NCBI GenBank assembly: GCA_022813965.1
Contig: JALDZS010000176.1
Span: 1 to 48,751 of the forward strand
Direction of reading: 5' to 3'
DNA length: 48,751 nt
Origin: Toensbergia leucococca
Lineage: Eukaryota
Within the stretch, counting starts at the first letter, position 1. Each line of letters begins with the position of its first letter. A program made the translations under genes and the position numbers. Below the pieces are notes generated by a model, which was given only the letters and a program-made list of their open reading frames with translations, was not told the DNA's origin and did no database searches. Shown here piece after piece: positions 10,271 to 23,057 of this stretch.

Positions 10271-11826
10271 ATTCTGACTCCCGCGAGTCGTTCCACTCCC
10301 TCCCTCCCGTCTGCATTCAGGAACTTCTCCTGATCAATTTCTTCCCCTCCTTCTTCGTCAGTGTCGTTCTTCAGTACAGCTGGCCATAGTACGCCAACAC
10401 CGTCTCCTCCGAGGGTAATTTCGAACTTCTCAAAGTCCTCGGCATCCAGTCTTACTTCCAGGTCTCGGAGAGCTTCTGGTGAAGTGTCACTTCTTAGTAA
10501 AGTGATGGTAGATCCACCACCACCAGCACCCGTTAATTTGGTCCATCCAATACCAACAACATCCACCAGTTCACGGATCCGTTCGAGTCTTGGGTGTGAC
10601 ACGCCTAAAGAGACTAGTAAACCATGGTTGATGTTGATGAGCTCTCCAAGGGTTTGTGTGTAGTCTTTGTCTTCGCGATGGTCTGGAGCAGCGAGCAATT
10701 CATAAGCTGAATTGGAGACTTTGTCAATAGCCTCCAATATCAGGTCAGTCACGACAGGATGCGCCTTTTTCAAAGAGGCCACCTTGGCGACTTCCGTGGA
10801 CGTTGATCTTGTTTGCTTGGTGTTGACAAGAAGTAAAGGTAGCTCGGGAAAGTTGAGCAATGGCGTCACAATGGGTGGTTTGGCGTAGTCGGTGCGCTTG
10901 AAAACAACAGCCTTTCCACTCGTAGACACGGTGTTGTCCACTCCACTAGGATTGCCATGGATGCACATTTCCCCTACAAAGGCCCATCGATTGATTCGTT
11001 CAATTTGCAATTCTGCTTCCTCTCGTGGCTGATCTGGATGGGGTCCTGCTAGTGTACGGATTTGAAGAAGGAGAGCTGCGCTAAGACAAACGCTTATGCT
11101 TGCACTGCTTCCGAGTCCGGCACCAATTGGGAGTGTCGAGCGGAGAGTGTATATACAACCTGGGAAATGTTGAGAACCAAGCGAGAGAAAGAGATACAAA
11201 AACGCCGAGGCTGCCGCTTGGTGGATTTTTTTTGCTTCGAGAGTTGCCTCAGGGGAGACGCCTGATAAATGGGGTTTCATAGCTGCGACAAGATCGGGGT
11301 CAAGTGAAGTAACAAGATCATAGTAAAATCTCTTCTTTGAGGGCTGGGAAAATGCAGCCCAAGGTAAATCATCTATTATCCATGTATGGTTAAAAGCTAT
11401 GTCTGGAAATCTAAGGGTGATGGTCCGCCGTGATTTAGATAAAGCAGTGACAAGGAGATATGAACGTAGAGAGATAGCGGCAGCAATGGCTGCCTTTCCA
11501 TGGACTACAGCATGTTCGCCATAGACTATGACCTTGCCAGGAGCAGACACCATAAAAGCAGGCATCATTGGCGAGGAAAGCCTCCTATCCAGGTATGATC
11601 TTGGGGTTGGTTTAGGGACAGGAAGGAAGTCTTCGCTTGCAGACTCGTTGACACTGGCAGTCTCCGTGTTCTGTCCTGGATGCCCATTGTGTGTTATGTG
11701 TGTACCATTAGTGCCGTTCATTGAAGTGCGACGACTACTGGTAGAGCTAGTCTTTTCGTCGTTGATGGCGAATGAAGTCTTCGTTCCGCCGATGGATCGC
11801 CTTGCATTTGATGTCCAGGACGACAT
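10213..11826 (-). CDS. ERG12: Mevalonate kinase (GHMP family)
   Basis: Motifs SAPGKVIVYGEHAVVHG, LPIGAGLGSSA, HGNPSGVDN, KLTGAGGGG. Confidence 0.97.
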   Translation of the reverse strand: MSSWTSNARRSIGGTKTSFAINDEKTSSTSSRRTSMNGTNGTHITHNGHPGQNTETASVNESASEDFLPVPKPTPRSYLDRRLSSPMMPAFMVSAPGKVIVYGEHAVVHGKAAIAAAISLRSYLLVTALSKSRRTITLRFPDIAFNHTWIIDDLPWAAFSQPSKKRFYYDLVTSLDPDLVAAMKPHLSGVSPEATLEAKKIHQAAASAFLYLFLSLGSQHFPGCIYTLRSTLPIGAGLGSSASISVCLSAALLLQIRTLAGPHPDQPREEAELQIERINRWAFVGEMCIHGNPSGVDNTVSTSGKAVVFKRTDYAKPPIVTPLLNFPELPLLLVNTKQTRSTSTEVAKVASLKKAHPVVTDLILEAIDKVSNSAYELLAAPDHREDKDYTQTLGELININHGLLVSLGVSHPRLERIRELVDVVGIGWTKLTGAGGGGSTITLLRSDTSPEALRDLEVRLDAEDFEKFEITLGGDGVGVLWPAVLKNDTDEEGGEEIDQEKFLNADGREGVERLAGVRIHEKREGWKFWRINVKEGI

Positions 11827-12155
11827 CGCGGCATTAGTTTTTGATTGACAGAAACGTGAGTAAAGAAGTGCTGGAGAGAATGGATGGAGGTGAAGCTGAC
11901 TCTGTAAGCTGATCCTGTAAGCTGACTCTGTGAGCTACGAACATCTCTGATTGGCCAAAATCCAGGGGCACGCGAAATGCCGAACATGGCTAGCGTACAG
12001 TATAGAATAGAGCAGCGGAGCGGAGAATCACAGATCCTAGCGAAAATGCCACATTTCGTAACGCGTGAGTGTGAATCGCCTCGTGAAGCTTTCTTAAGCC
12101 TTCTCACATTCCTATCAAATCAATTTCTTCAATAAGGAAGTCTTATTCATCGACT

Positions 12156-13697
12156 ATGGATTTCTTACAGGTATGTGTTCTCATAACTTTGTGCCCTCTT
12201 CGGATATCTAACATCTCTTTCAGCGTCTTGCACGGTTTCTCGACAGGCCTCAGTTTCCTTGGAAGGGCCTAATCGTTGGCTTTTCTCTTAGTCAGTACGT
12301 CTTTGAGGGGTTTCTTTCCCTTCGCCAATACAAGGTCTTGCAGCAGAAGACTCCACCAAAGGCGCTTAAAGGCGAAGTGTCGCAAGAGGTTTTTGACAAG
12401 AGCCAGGTATGCACTGACCAGCGCAAGGCATTACTGGAGAAGTGATGCTAACTGCCTTCTACTATAGGCCTATGGCCGTGCAAAGGCACAGTTTGGCTTC
12501 ATATCCTCTCTATATGGACAAGTGCAGAACATAGGCTTCATCTACTATGACGTCCTGCCTAAAATCTGGGCATTGACCGGCATCTGGCTGACTCAGTACG
12601 GCCCTACCAAGTATTCTGGTGAAATTGTCCATACTTTGATATTCTTCTTTACTTTTAATATCTTTACTACTCTCCTCAATCTGCCAATATCATATTACAG
12701 CACATTTGTCCTAGAAGAGAAATTTGGATTCAACAAGCAGACTGTAAAACTTTGGATTACAGATATGCTTAAAGGGCAGGCTTTGATGGTCGCATTCGGA
12801 GCACCCCTGTTGAGTGGATTTTTGGCTATCATTCAGCAAACAGGAAATACCTTTTTCTACTATCTATGGCTATTTGGTGTTGGAGTACAGGTCTTTATGA
12901 TTACTATATATCCCATCGCCATCTTACCCCTATTTAACAAGCTGTCGCCATTAGAGGAAGGGCCTCTGAAAACTGGAGTCGAGGCCTTAGCGAAAAGACT
13001 GCAATTTCCTCTAAAGGAGCTGAATGTCATTGATGGCAGCAAGAGGAGTGCCCACAGCAATGCGTATTTCTACGGACTGCCGTGGAAGAAGCATATTGTC
13101 ATCTATGATACGCTCATCGAGAAGAGTGAGACAGAAGAAGTGGTGGCAGTACTCAGCCATGAGCTGGGGCATTGGAGCTTGAGCCATACTACCAAGTTGT
13201 TTGGAATCGCACAGGTAGGCAGGCCGCTACTAATAATGCTTATTGATCCGTTTTAACCTGACTGTTAGTTTCATATGTTCTACCTGTTCGCTCTATTCTC
13301 TGTCTTCATCAACAACCGGTCGCTCTACCAATCCTTCGGCTTTCATAAGGAGTTCCCCATAATCATCGGCTTCATACTCTTCTCCGACGCCCTCGCCCCA
13401 ATGGACACAGTGGTGAAGCTTCTCATGAACATTCTCAGCCGAAAATTCGAATTCGAAGCCGATGAATTCGCCGTCAAGCTCGGCTATTCGAGAGAGTTGG
13501 CAAAGTCGTTGATCAAGCTACAGATCCAGAACCTCAGCACCATGGACGCGGACTGGCTGTACGCGAGCTATCATTTCTCGCATCCGATATTGCCGGAGCG
13601 ATTGGGCGCTCTTGGGTGGTACAGTGACGAGAAGAAGGCGAATGGAGTCGAAATGGATAGCGAGAAGCCGGTCAAGGCCTCGGATAGAGAGTTGTAG
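12156..13697 (+). CDS. STE24: CAAX prenyl protease 1 (M48 zinc metalloprotease); 4 exons
   Basis: Exon 1 MDFLQ. Motifs EEKFGFNKQT, IDGSKRSAHSNAYFYG, HELGH (HExxH), EFEADEFA, SHPILPERL. Canonical GT-AG introns. Confidence 0.96.
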
Positions 13698-13792
13698 TGT
13701 CCAAGACACAAATGTCAATCAACGTAGAATCCTCGATCCTTCTAGCTTTCTCCGCTCTGGACGTAAATCTCGCGTCAAAGCTTCCCGCAATA

Positions 13793-14356
13793 TCACATCT
13801 CCGCCTCCCTCTCTCTCTGAGCCTTCATAAGGATTTTCGCGCGGTCCAGCTTCCTCCTCTCCTTCTTCCTCTTCTTCCTCTCCAGCTTATCTCCACTACT
13901 CTTCGTCTCCTCCACCCTCGGCACCTCCACCCCCTCAATTCCAACCCCTACCCCACTCCCAACACCCCTCTCCCCAACTTCCCCAACAGTAACCTCCTGA
14001 CTCCTCTCAAACTCCCCTCGATCCTGCCACTCCTCCCCTCCTCCTCCCCCCTCCAGCTCTCCCTGCCACCCCTCCAACAGCGGCAACCCTCCAACCTTCC
14101 CAAACGACAAATCAACCCCCAGATTCTCCCCCCGCAGCCCCGCTTCCACGCGCCTGAGATTGTGCAGCACGAGGCCCGTGTTGGCGCCCGTGGTGGCGGA
14201 GATGGGACCGCTTTCGGAGAGGAGCGCGTTGGGGTGCAGGGAGGCGTCTGTGGTTGTGGCGGTTAGGTAGGCGGTTAGGAGGGAGAGGGCGTGGGAGGGG
14301 GTGATGGGGTGGGTGCTGTGGGGATGGTGAGGGGGGAAGGGGGTTGTGGTTGTCAT
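13793..14356 (-). CDS. Small basic-tailed protein, probably RNA polymerase I subunit A14 (Rpa14)-like
   Basis: Likely start MTTTTPFPP at 14356. Core ALSLLTAYL…LHPNALL…GLVLHNLRRVEAGLRGE and Lys/Arg-rich tail resemble fungal Rpa14-domain proteins (from memory). Confidence 0.6.
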   Translation of the reverse strand: MTTTTPFPPHHPHSTHPITPSHALSLLTAYLTATTTDASLHPNALLSESGPISATTGANTGLVLHNLRRVEAGLRGENLGVDLSFGKVGGLPLLEGWQGELEGGGGGEEWQDRGEFERSQEVTVGEVGERGVGSGVGVGIEGVEVPRVEETKSSGDKLERKKRKKERRKLDRAKILMKAQREREAEM

Positions 14357-14538
14357 TTTTCTTTTTTTTTTTGCGGGGAGGATTGTGCACTGAAACCTCG
14401 AAAGCACTATGCATGAAATGTAGGGCTTGGCGCGCAGGGGTTTTCTGGCTTGGCATTTTTTTAAGCGTACGTCAAAACGTCGACATCCACCGCATCTGGA
14501 CCATAATCCGGCATTTGACATCCACCCCACAGCTCACC

Positions 14539-14974
14539 ATGCTCTGCCTCCGCCCAATGCGCGCTCTCTTACGGCCCCACCTCCCACCCACCCTATTCCC
14601 CAAACGCCTCCCAAACCCAACCCGGTAATCCCCCATCCCGTCCCATCCAACCCCCCCTCTAACCACCCCCAACCAGAGCATTCACAACCCTCCCCCTCCA
14701 CCGCCCCTCCATCCTCCCCCTCCACGCCACCGCCGCCCCACCCCCACAAACACATCCCACCCTCCTCGTCGCCCCACTGGACCTGCTCCCGCGCATCTCG
14801 TCCCATCCGGCCTTGGCAGGCATCCAGGTCCGGAACGCGAGGCGGAACACGTACGATCCGAGCCATCGGGTGCGGAAGCGGCGGGCGGGGTTTTTGGCAC
14901 GGAAGGCGACGAGGGGGGGACGGGCGGTGCTGAAGAGGAGGATGCGGAAGGGGAGGAGTACGTTGAGTCATTAG
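14539..14974 (+). CDS. MRPL34: Mitochondrial ribosomal protein bL34m; 2 exons (intron ~14625-14676); not captured in the ORF track
   Basis: Arg-rich presequence MLCLRPMRALLRPH…; exon 2 ends VRNARRNTYDPSHRVRKRRAGFLARKATRGGRAVLKRRMRKGRSTLSH*, the L34 signature. Confidence 0.92.
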
Positions 14975-15427
14975 GGGTGGGTTTCTTGGGGAGGAGGGGT
15001 GGGGTGGTGAGGGGATGGGTTTTGGTGTCAAGGTTTGACAGAGTGTAGAGGATTCAGGTCCTCTTGTGAGGAAGTTTGAAATCTGTGGCAAAGCAAGAGC
15101 CTCAATGGCGTATGAATGGTTCCCAGTTACCTCGGGATTGATGGTGGAATCCGAACCAGTCTCCCCTACTGAAAATCCACGTCGGGTGCAAGGTCTGAGG
15201 ACATGGACATGGAATTATTGACCTCGTGTGCTCAAAGAGCATGTTGGCGCAGTCATTGAGGCACCTGTTAGCCTTCGACGATCATATGCTTAACGTCTTG
15301 AACTCTTTCGTGCGAATCAAGGGACACGTAGCTGGTATTGACCAGGCTCAGGCCTTACTCATAGACACGCAATACGAAGCGCTCACCAAAGTTCTGCAAT
15401 AAAATGAATCAGGGGTATATATCTAAA

Positions 15428-18155
15428 CTACCTCCCCGTAGAGCTCCTCCGAATCTCCCCAATAGCCCGTCGTCTGTGCTCCGAGTCAGCAAACAAAGCT
15501 TCAATCAAATCCACCAACTCGTCCGCCGAAAATTCCAACCCAAGCTCTCCTTCCGACCAGAGGTATTTGATATCCACGAGTGAGCTCTCCAAGATGTTAG
15601 ATAGGTACTGGAATTTCAGCCAATTAGGCGTGTATACCGCCGTCAGAGGAATAGTCTGCTCAATGTCAGGTGCTATCGTTGGTAATTCCTTTGGTGCGAA
15701 AAGATCTTCGAGAGACGCAATGCGATTGCAGAAAGATGTCAAGCGCTGAGATTCTGGTTCGGAAATGTCGCTCATGTCTTCTACGTCCACGATGATCTTA
15801 TTGATCACGGTGGAAAGCAGCGATCCCAGTGACTGCAGGAGAGCGGAATGCGACAGAACAGCTTTCCATTGCTTATGTACTTCCCTAATCCTGTCCACTG
15901 TAGAGCTAATGGCAATATCACATTCTTGTGCGAATGGGTGTTCCGTGCAATTTACAAAGCCTTGCGCCCCGTCAAGCAGATCACCAGCAATGGTCCTCTG
16001 CGTTTCCATCTCTTTGCTATAAGCACGCTTGCCGAAAATCTCGAGTGCTGAGACATCAGCTTCGAGCCTTGAATGCCCATGATTCACACGCTTGGATTGC
16101 ATTTTTGCAAGGTCGTTAAGACGTTCCGCCATCCACATACAATCGTTATAAAGAAACATGTTGCCGCTTACGTTCCGTTCGTAGTATACTGGGGCAGCCG
16201 CCCTGTACATCGAGAGCATCAAGCCTGGAATCGCGAAAAGACCTGAAGCCGCAGATGCTATTGGTGACTTGGCGTTGCTAGACTCTGCGTTAGTGTTATT
16301 TCTTCCGTGCAAAGCTGACGGAGAACGAACTCTGGCCGAGCAAGATTCTCCCCATCATAAGTCAATTGCGTGATAGTAAGTAGTAGCTCCTTGGGAAGGG
16401 CTGTGATATTATAAGTCTCTTTCAGTGTGACTTCTCTTGCAGTACCTTGTGGTGGATCTGAATAGCCATTGCTTTTCGGGAGCTCGGGAGAAGCTTTCGT
16501 AGACTGTGTAGGTTTGGAGGAATCGCCTCCTTCAGGCTCGTCTCCCCATCCCCACGCTTCGGCGTCGACGTCGGCATCGGCGTCATCCTCAATGGAAGTC
16601 ACACGTTGTGGAGCTTGCATATCAATGTCGTCGTTGAGGCCCCAAGCGCTGACATGTTCCTCTTCTTCGTTACCCTCCTTTTCCCGCATTTGTGCGATAC
16701 CTGGCAGCGATTGGGATTCAGTTGTGTCGACTCCCTCACCATCAGACCACTCGGCATTCCAGTCATCCCCACCACCATTACTCGCAAACACGTTATCGCT
16801 TTGTGATATTACTTGTGTCTCAACACGCTCTACTGTCTCGATAGACCCAAGTCCATTCGCGACCAATTTCCGAACTTTGTCAAGGGAGATGTCCCGTCGC
16901 TTAGTGAGCCAGACATGGGGTATACGATTAATCCACTCAACCAAGTCGTTTCCACCTGGCCACTCATAATTATCTAGAGCTTCGGCAAACTGTAGAATTG
17001 AAGCTAAAGTGTCATCGAAACTTTGCATTCCCTCAAGGTCTGTTGGTAATGACGAGGAAAGCCATGTTGCAATCAATGTAGATATCAGGCTTGGCATTAG
17101 GACTTCAGATAAAGGGATGGCCACTGTTGGCGGTAATCGAGTGCGCAGGTAGTCGACCACAGAATCCATGTCAGACAGTAGACTCTGTATGCTAACGTCT
17201 GATGACTGGCCATAGACTCGAACCTCATCGCCGTCCACCAGCAGAAAGCCGACGCCCTTCCCATCTCGTAATTCTAGACGGGGATTCAAGATAATGCTAT
17301 TGAAGGCTTTGGAAAATTTGAGTATTCTATCGTTCAGGTGATTGAGCCTCCTCAAAGCCTCTGCTACTGTATTAATGTCTATGTGAGTTGGGACTGAAGA
17401 CTAATCAGCAGGAATCATTATGAGAAAAATACTAGCCTACGCTGCATGAAATGTCTGATGTTGACTGTAGATGCCGTGCGGTCCACGTGAAGTAAAGCGT
17501 CCCAACATTCCGTAAGTTTGTCAGACAGAAGCTTGCGAATATCTGCTATTTTCGTCCTTAAAACTGTATCCACCCTCGTAATCACATTTGCTCGTGTAGC
17601 TCCTAGCTGCTGCTCGGCTTCTTCTAGTAGATTCAAAGCTTCTACATATTGATTGTGCATAACAGCCTGATGAGCGAGATGCACAGTTCCCTTGACTGAA
17701 TGTATTCGGTCCAGCCTCGCCCCCAAATTGTCGTTGAATGCAAGCTCGCCCTTGAGTAGGTTCACTTTACTGGCAGCATCCGTGGCTTGAAGGTCTAATT
17801 TCTCTGCATGCTTGGCTTGAGCCACGATTTCCCGGGAAGAGTTTCGAGATGCTTCGATGTCGTTGCGTAGCTGTTTAGCTTGGGAAATCCAGCCATCAAT
17901 GTCGGGGGCGCTGTCTTTACTGACGTCCCGGATACTGGCCTTCAAGAGACCTATCAGCGTGTCTGACAGAATTTTTTAGAAGCTTCAGCATACCCTGACG
18001 TCCTCTCGGGCCTGCTCCAGAAGAGCAAGCACCTTTGTCAAAGCCGAATTTGGAAGCTCAGCAGAGATGACGGCTTCAGCATCCGGATAAGTTCCATTTT
18101 GCACTGAGTCAAGCACGGCATGACTGAATTGATCATCAGAGATATGCGGCGGCAT
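15428..18155 (-). CDS. ZW10: ZW10/Dsl1 family tethering/kinetochore protein; 4 exons
   Basis: Start MPPHISDDQF. Motifs DIDGWISQAKQL, acidic Trp-containing lasso (DDWNAEW, AWGWGDE), MFLYNDCMW, WLKFQYLSNILESSLVDI, LIEALFADSEHRR. Confidence 0.88.
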
Positions 18156-18906
18156 TAAGGAAAGTAGAGTCTCTGATCATAATGGTTGACAGGAACAGTT
18201 GCGGTTGATGGCAACCAATCAGATTCGGTGGCTCGGTGGAAGAGTGGGATCTCTAAGATACCTCTACTCTATTCTAGGTAAATACTCGTAGGGCTGAAGC
18301 TCAGGCCGCTCAAAGTCTGCAGTCTAGCTGGGCTCGCTGGGGTATTGTTTGTACCACCATAATTGTCGACATTCCACACAAATACAGGTTGTCTAGAAAT
18401 TGGACGTCACCGAATTCGTCTAGAGGGTCTAATGCACACATCCATTGTTTGAAACAGCACGCTGCGCTGGCAGTGGTAAGCTTGCTATCTTAGTCAATAA
18501 TCCATTTGCTACTATCATTCTATTTCCAAGTATCCATACATGCGACACTGTCATTATTGAGATCTCTCCTGCTTTCCCTATTTCCTGTCTTCCCGTTCGT
18601 CCTTCCGTCTCGGTCACGTGTAATGCTATTCCAGATGCAGCATGTTTCCATTATTTATGCTATCCCTACTACTTGTCATTCTGGCCTTTCTGTATCCTTG
18701 GTAGGTCCAATGATGCTCTCTGCTTGCACCATTTGGTGTAGTGCTTTGCCAATTCGTCTTAATTCAATCGGGTTCCTGTCCATGAAATGGCTCCCGATAA
18801 AGTTGCTGATTTGGCAACGCACAGGGTCCGACAGTGCACACAAACAGCACTGTCAAACGTCTGTCTATTACCTTCAAGTATACCTCTACCGTTTCTTAGG
18901 GCGATC

Positions 18907-21900
18907 ATGCCTTCTGCCACTACAAAATCCCATTTCAAGGTCATTCAAAAGTTTGGGGTAGATTATTCGCCCAGTGTCTTGACTCAGTATGAGTCTCAAA
19001 GGACTGGAATGAGAGTGGTGGTTGTGGAACAGAAGGGCCCAAAGGTCCTCGGATTCTTTGCGCTTGCTACTGAAATCCATGATGACTCAGGCGCTCCTCA
19101 TACCCTGGAACATCTTTGCTTCATGGGGTCCAAAAGCTATCAATTTAAAGGAGTATTAGACAAACTTGCCACCAGGGCTTACTCCAATACCAACGCCTGG
19201 ACTGCCACAGATCACACAGCTTATACTCTGGACACGGCTGGATGGCGTGGTTTTGCTCAGATACTTCCTGTCTATCTGGAACACGTCATTGTACCAACAC
19301 TTACAGATGCTGGCTGCTATACAGAGGTTCATCATGTTGATGGAACGGGCCAGGATGCAGGCGTCGTGTATTCGGAAATGCAAGGGGTTCAGAATACTCA
19401 GGGGGAACTCATGGAATTGAGATCCAAACGACTGCTCTACCCAGAGGGTGTTGGATTTCGCTACGAGACAGGGGGCATGATGGAACAACTTCGTGTGCTT
19501 ACCGCAGACCGAATCCGCCAATTTCACCACGCCATGTACCAGCCCAAAAACTTATGCTTAGTTATTGTAGGTGAAGTTGAACATGATAATCTGATAGAAA
19601 TTCTAGACGACTTCGAAGGAACCATCATTGAAGACATACCCAAACCCGATGCACCGTTCAAAAGACCCTGGACGGAATCAAAGCAGACTCCTCCTCTTGA
19701 AAAGTCCTCCGTTGAAATTGTGGAGTTCCCCGAAGAAGACGAATCATCTGGCGAGATCATGATAAGTTTCCTGGGACCAAGTTGTAACAATCATGTACAA
19801 TGTAAGTGAGTATCTTGAGTTTGAACCACACATTTACCAATTGGCTATCTTAGCAAGTGCACTGAGTGTTCTCTTAACGTATCTTGCGGGCTCATCCGCC
19901 TCGGTCTTAGAGAATACACTGGTTGAAAAAGAACAAGTTGCCAGTGCCGTATACTATTCGACAGAGTCGCGGCCTGATACTGTCATACAGTTTACCTTAA
20001 GCAGCGTCGATGCAGCTACAATATCCGACGTGGAACTAAGATTCTTCGAAGTCCTAAGAAATGTGGCCAGTGAAAAGCTTGATATGACTTACATGACAGA
20101 CTGTATCCGCCGGGAAAAACGTCAACTGAAATATCATGCAGAGGTCTCAGGAACTTTCTTCACGGACTCTATAATAAACGACTTCTTGTTCGGAAATCGA
20201 GATGGCTCAACGCTTCGGGAACTTGAATCGCTAAGAGTGTTCGACGAGCTGGAGGCGTGGACTGATCCTCAGTGGAAACAATGTCTTCGCAAATGGATGA
20301 CGGACGCGCCTCATATTACAATCCTTGGGAAGCCTTCTGCTAAGCTGTCGAAGAAACTAGAGACTGAGGAGAAGGCGAGAGTAGCTGCACAAAAGGAGCG
20401 TTTAGGCGAAGAAGGGCTGGAAGAACTTGGGAAAAAACTGGCTGAAGCGAAGGCTGAGAACGATAGAGAGATCCCAAAGCAGATTCTTGAGCAATTTGAG
20501 GTACCAGACACAAGTTCGATCCATTTCATTGATACGACGACAGCAAGATCTGGAGCTGCACGAAAGATGGGCTACTTAGATAATCTGATTCAAAAGATCA
20601 TTGACCGAGACGACTATGATTTGCCTCTGTTTATTCATTTTGAGCATGTACAAACGAATTTCGTCCATATCAGCTTACTCATGAATACCGGGGCAATCCC
20701 AATCCCCTTACGACCACTGTTGTCAATATACCTTGAAAACTTTTTTAGCACGCCAATCCTGCGCAATGGCAAAAGGATAGAATTCGAGCAAGTTATCATG
20801 GATTTAGAGAAAGATACCGTTGACTATGGCATCGAATCTGGGACTAGTCTTGGAAACCCAGAAATGCTGCGGATTCGCTTTCTGGTCGAGATCGAGAAAT
20901 ACGATACAGCGATTCGATGGCTGAGAGATCTGCTGTGGGATGGAATCTTTGACTTGACGGTATGTGTTGGTCGTCAATCTATCTTCCATGTTTCCAATCT
21001 GCTAACCAATAAGAGGTTGAAAGCCACAACAGCAAGATTACTATCAGACATTCCCGAAGAAAAGCGCAGTGGAAACGCAGTAAGTGAATTGTTCCCTTGA
21101 TTACACAATCTAAGGCCTTCAGATGGCCTACGCGGCTGAAGTTTCCATTCACGCCTCCCCCTCCTCCATTGGCCGGGCTCGTGGTACTTTGGTGAAAGCA
21201 CTTTACCTGAAGCGAGTGAAACGTCTGCTGGAGAAGTCGCCTGAAGTGATCACCTCCCAACTCGATGATATTAGGACTGCTCTTTGCCAATTCTGCAATT
21301 TCCGCGTCCTAGTTGTTGCTAATCTAGAAAAATTACAAAACCCTGTCTCCACATGGAAATCTTTTATCGCAGGCCTCGATCTTAGCAAGGAAGTCAGTCC
21401 ACAGGACACACGCCTCTCGCGTCTCAGTGATGCGGGTAAAAATCCTGGGAACCTGGCATATATCATTCCCCTTCCTACTATCGACTCCTCCTTCGCCCTC
21501 TCCGTAACCAAAGGTCCGAGCTCCCTCGAAGATCCTCGCGTTCCCGCCATAATGGTCGCGATGTCCTACCTCGACGCCGTTGAAGGGCCTTTATGGACTG
21601 CTGTCCGTGGCACAGGACTCGCTTATGGCACAAGCTTCTCACGCCATGTCGAATCTGGTCACATTCTATTCGATGTATACCGCTCCCCAGATGCTCTCAA
21701 GGCCTTTTCAGCTAGTAAGAAAGTTGTTGAGGATCTTGCGTCTGGAGTCGTGGCATTTGATCCATTAGCGCTCGAGGGAGCAATCAGCTCGATCGTGCTG
21801 GGATTCGCAAACGGGCAGGCAACTATAGCGAGTGCGGCGCAGGGGAGCTTCATCAGGCAAGTTATCCGCGGCTTGCCAGAGGATTGGAACGACGTCACCT

Positions 21901-22345
21901 TGAAGAAGGTGAGAGCCGTGAAGAGCGAAGAGATACGGCGGGTGATGCAGGATGTGATTCTTCCAGCCTTTGGGGCCGAGACTTCAAACTTGATTGTTAC
22001 TTGTGCGCCTATCATGGAGGAGGTAAGATTGCTTTGCCGAACCGAGAAGTCCTCATCATATTGGCCCCTGGCGTCCGAATTATCGTATGCTAATGATGTT
22101 TGGTGTTGCAGAGTATAATGAAGGGCTTTGAAGGGATGGGATTCAATCCCGAGGTAAAGCCATTGACGTTTTTCCAGGATGATTACGGATTGACGGCGGG
22201 GCAAGGAGATGATAGTGTAGACAGTGCAGACGAGGATGAGGACAACGATGAGGACATGGAGGACGACGACGACGACGACGAAGAAGAAGAAGAAGAAGAA
22301 GAAGAAGAAGAAGAAGAAGAAGAAGAAGAAGAAGGGAGTGAGTGA
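18907..22345 (+). CDS. M16 (insulinase-type) zinc metallopeptidase, Cym1/Sdd3-related; 5 exons, acidic tail
   Basis: Inverted zinc motif HTLEH, TNAWTATDHTAYT, GVVYSEMQG, VRGTGLAYG. Introns near 19802, 20960, 21080 and 22023. An upstream in-frame ATG exists at 18787. Confidence 0.9.
22262..22333 (+). repeat. Coding (GAC)n(GAA)n microsatellite encoding poly-D/poly-E
   Basis: About 6 GAC then about 18 perfect GAA units at the end of the M16 peptidase CDS. Confidence 0.95.
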
Positions 22346-23057
22346 CAGAAGTGACAAATCACCAAAGCGAGGCGGAAGCATTCAAGAGCACCTGTAGCTA
22401 GTCACAAGATTGATCTAAAAGTATCAGTCCATGTATATGATGGGAAATCCCTTGCAGCTCTGGTGACTGTCCGGTGAAACTTGATTCGCTGGTCAGCAGT
22501 CTCGGTCAAAAACAGTCTTCGAGTACAGCCAGTTGATCATGAGATCAAAACTTTGAAGGAAATGAGTGACACTTCAAAAGAGTGGAGAGCAATTGTAAGG
22601 TGCTACTCATCGATGAGGTCCACTGGCGTCTACTGGCTAAACAATTTCGATTCGGCGGGCAGGTGCCCCACGCTACATTCGTTTATTTACTCGTATTCTT
22701 ACCATAAGCTCCGCCGTCATGTCAAGAATTTTCGACGTCAAAAGAATTACTATTTACGACATTTACCACATTTACAGAGAATGCCATTATTGATAACTCG
22801 ATAGGTTGAACATGTGCCTGTCATCGGACCCTCTTGTGCATACCCAGCTCCTGACGGGCACAGATTGCAGGCCGCTTTATGCAACGCGGCATCCAGCGTC
22901 GTCGGCAAAGTAGGATCACGCAGCTTTCACCTCGTGCCTGCCTTTGCCTCTACCTGGATACCTACATCACCAACACTCTACAATCCACATATCTCCACCG
23001 AGAGCTCAAGCTTGAATCTAGTCAAAGCTCAACGAAACTTCTAGTTGGCATATCCCA

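Noticed and set aside
11572..11826. ~85 aa N-terminal extension of mevalonate kinase
   Set aside because: Such low-complexity extensions are common in filamentous-fungal Erg12; not evidently novel.
14427..15091. ORF-track calls 14427..14933 (+) and 14534..15091 (-)
   Set aside because: Wrong frames; the region is explained by the spliced bL34m gene.
18787..18906. In-frame upstream ATG as a mitochondrial targeting extension of the M16 peptidase
   Set aside because: Begins with acidic residues and is not a convincing presequence; cannot be supported without TSS data.
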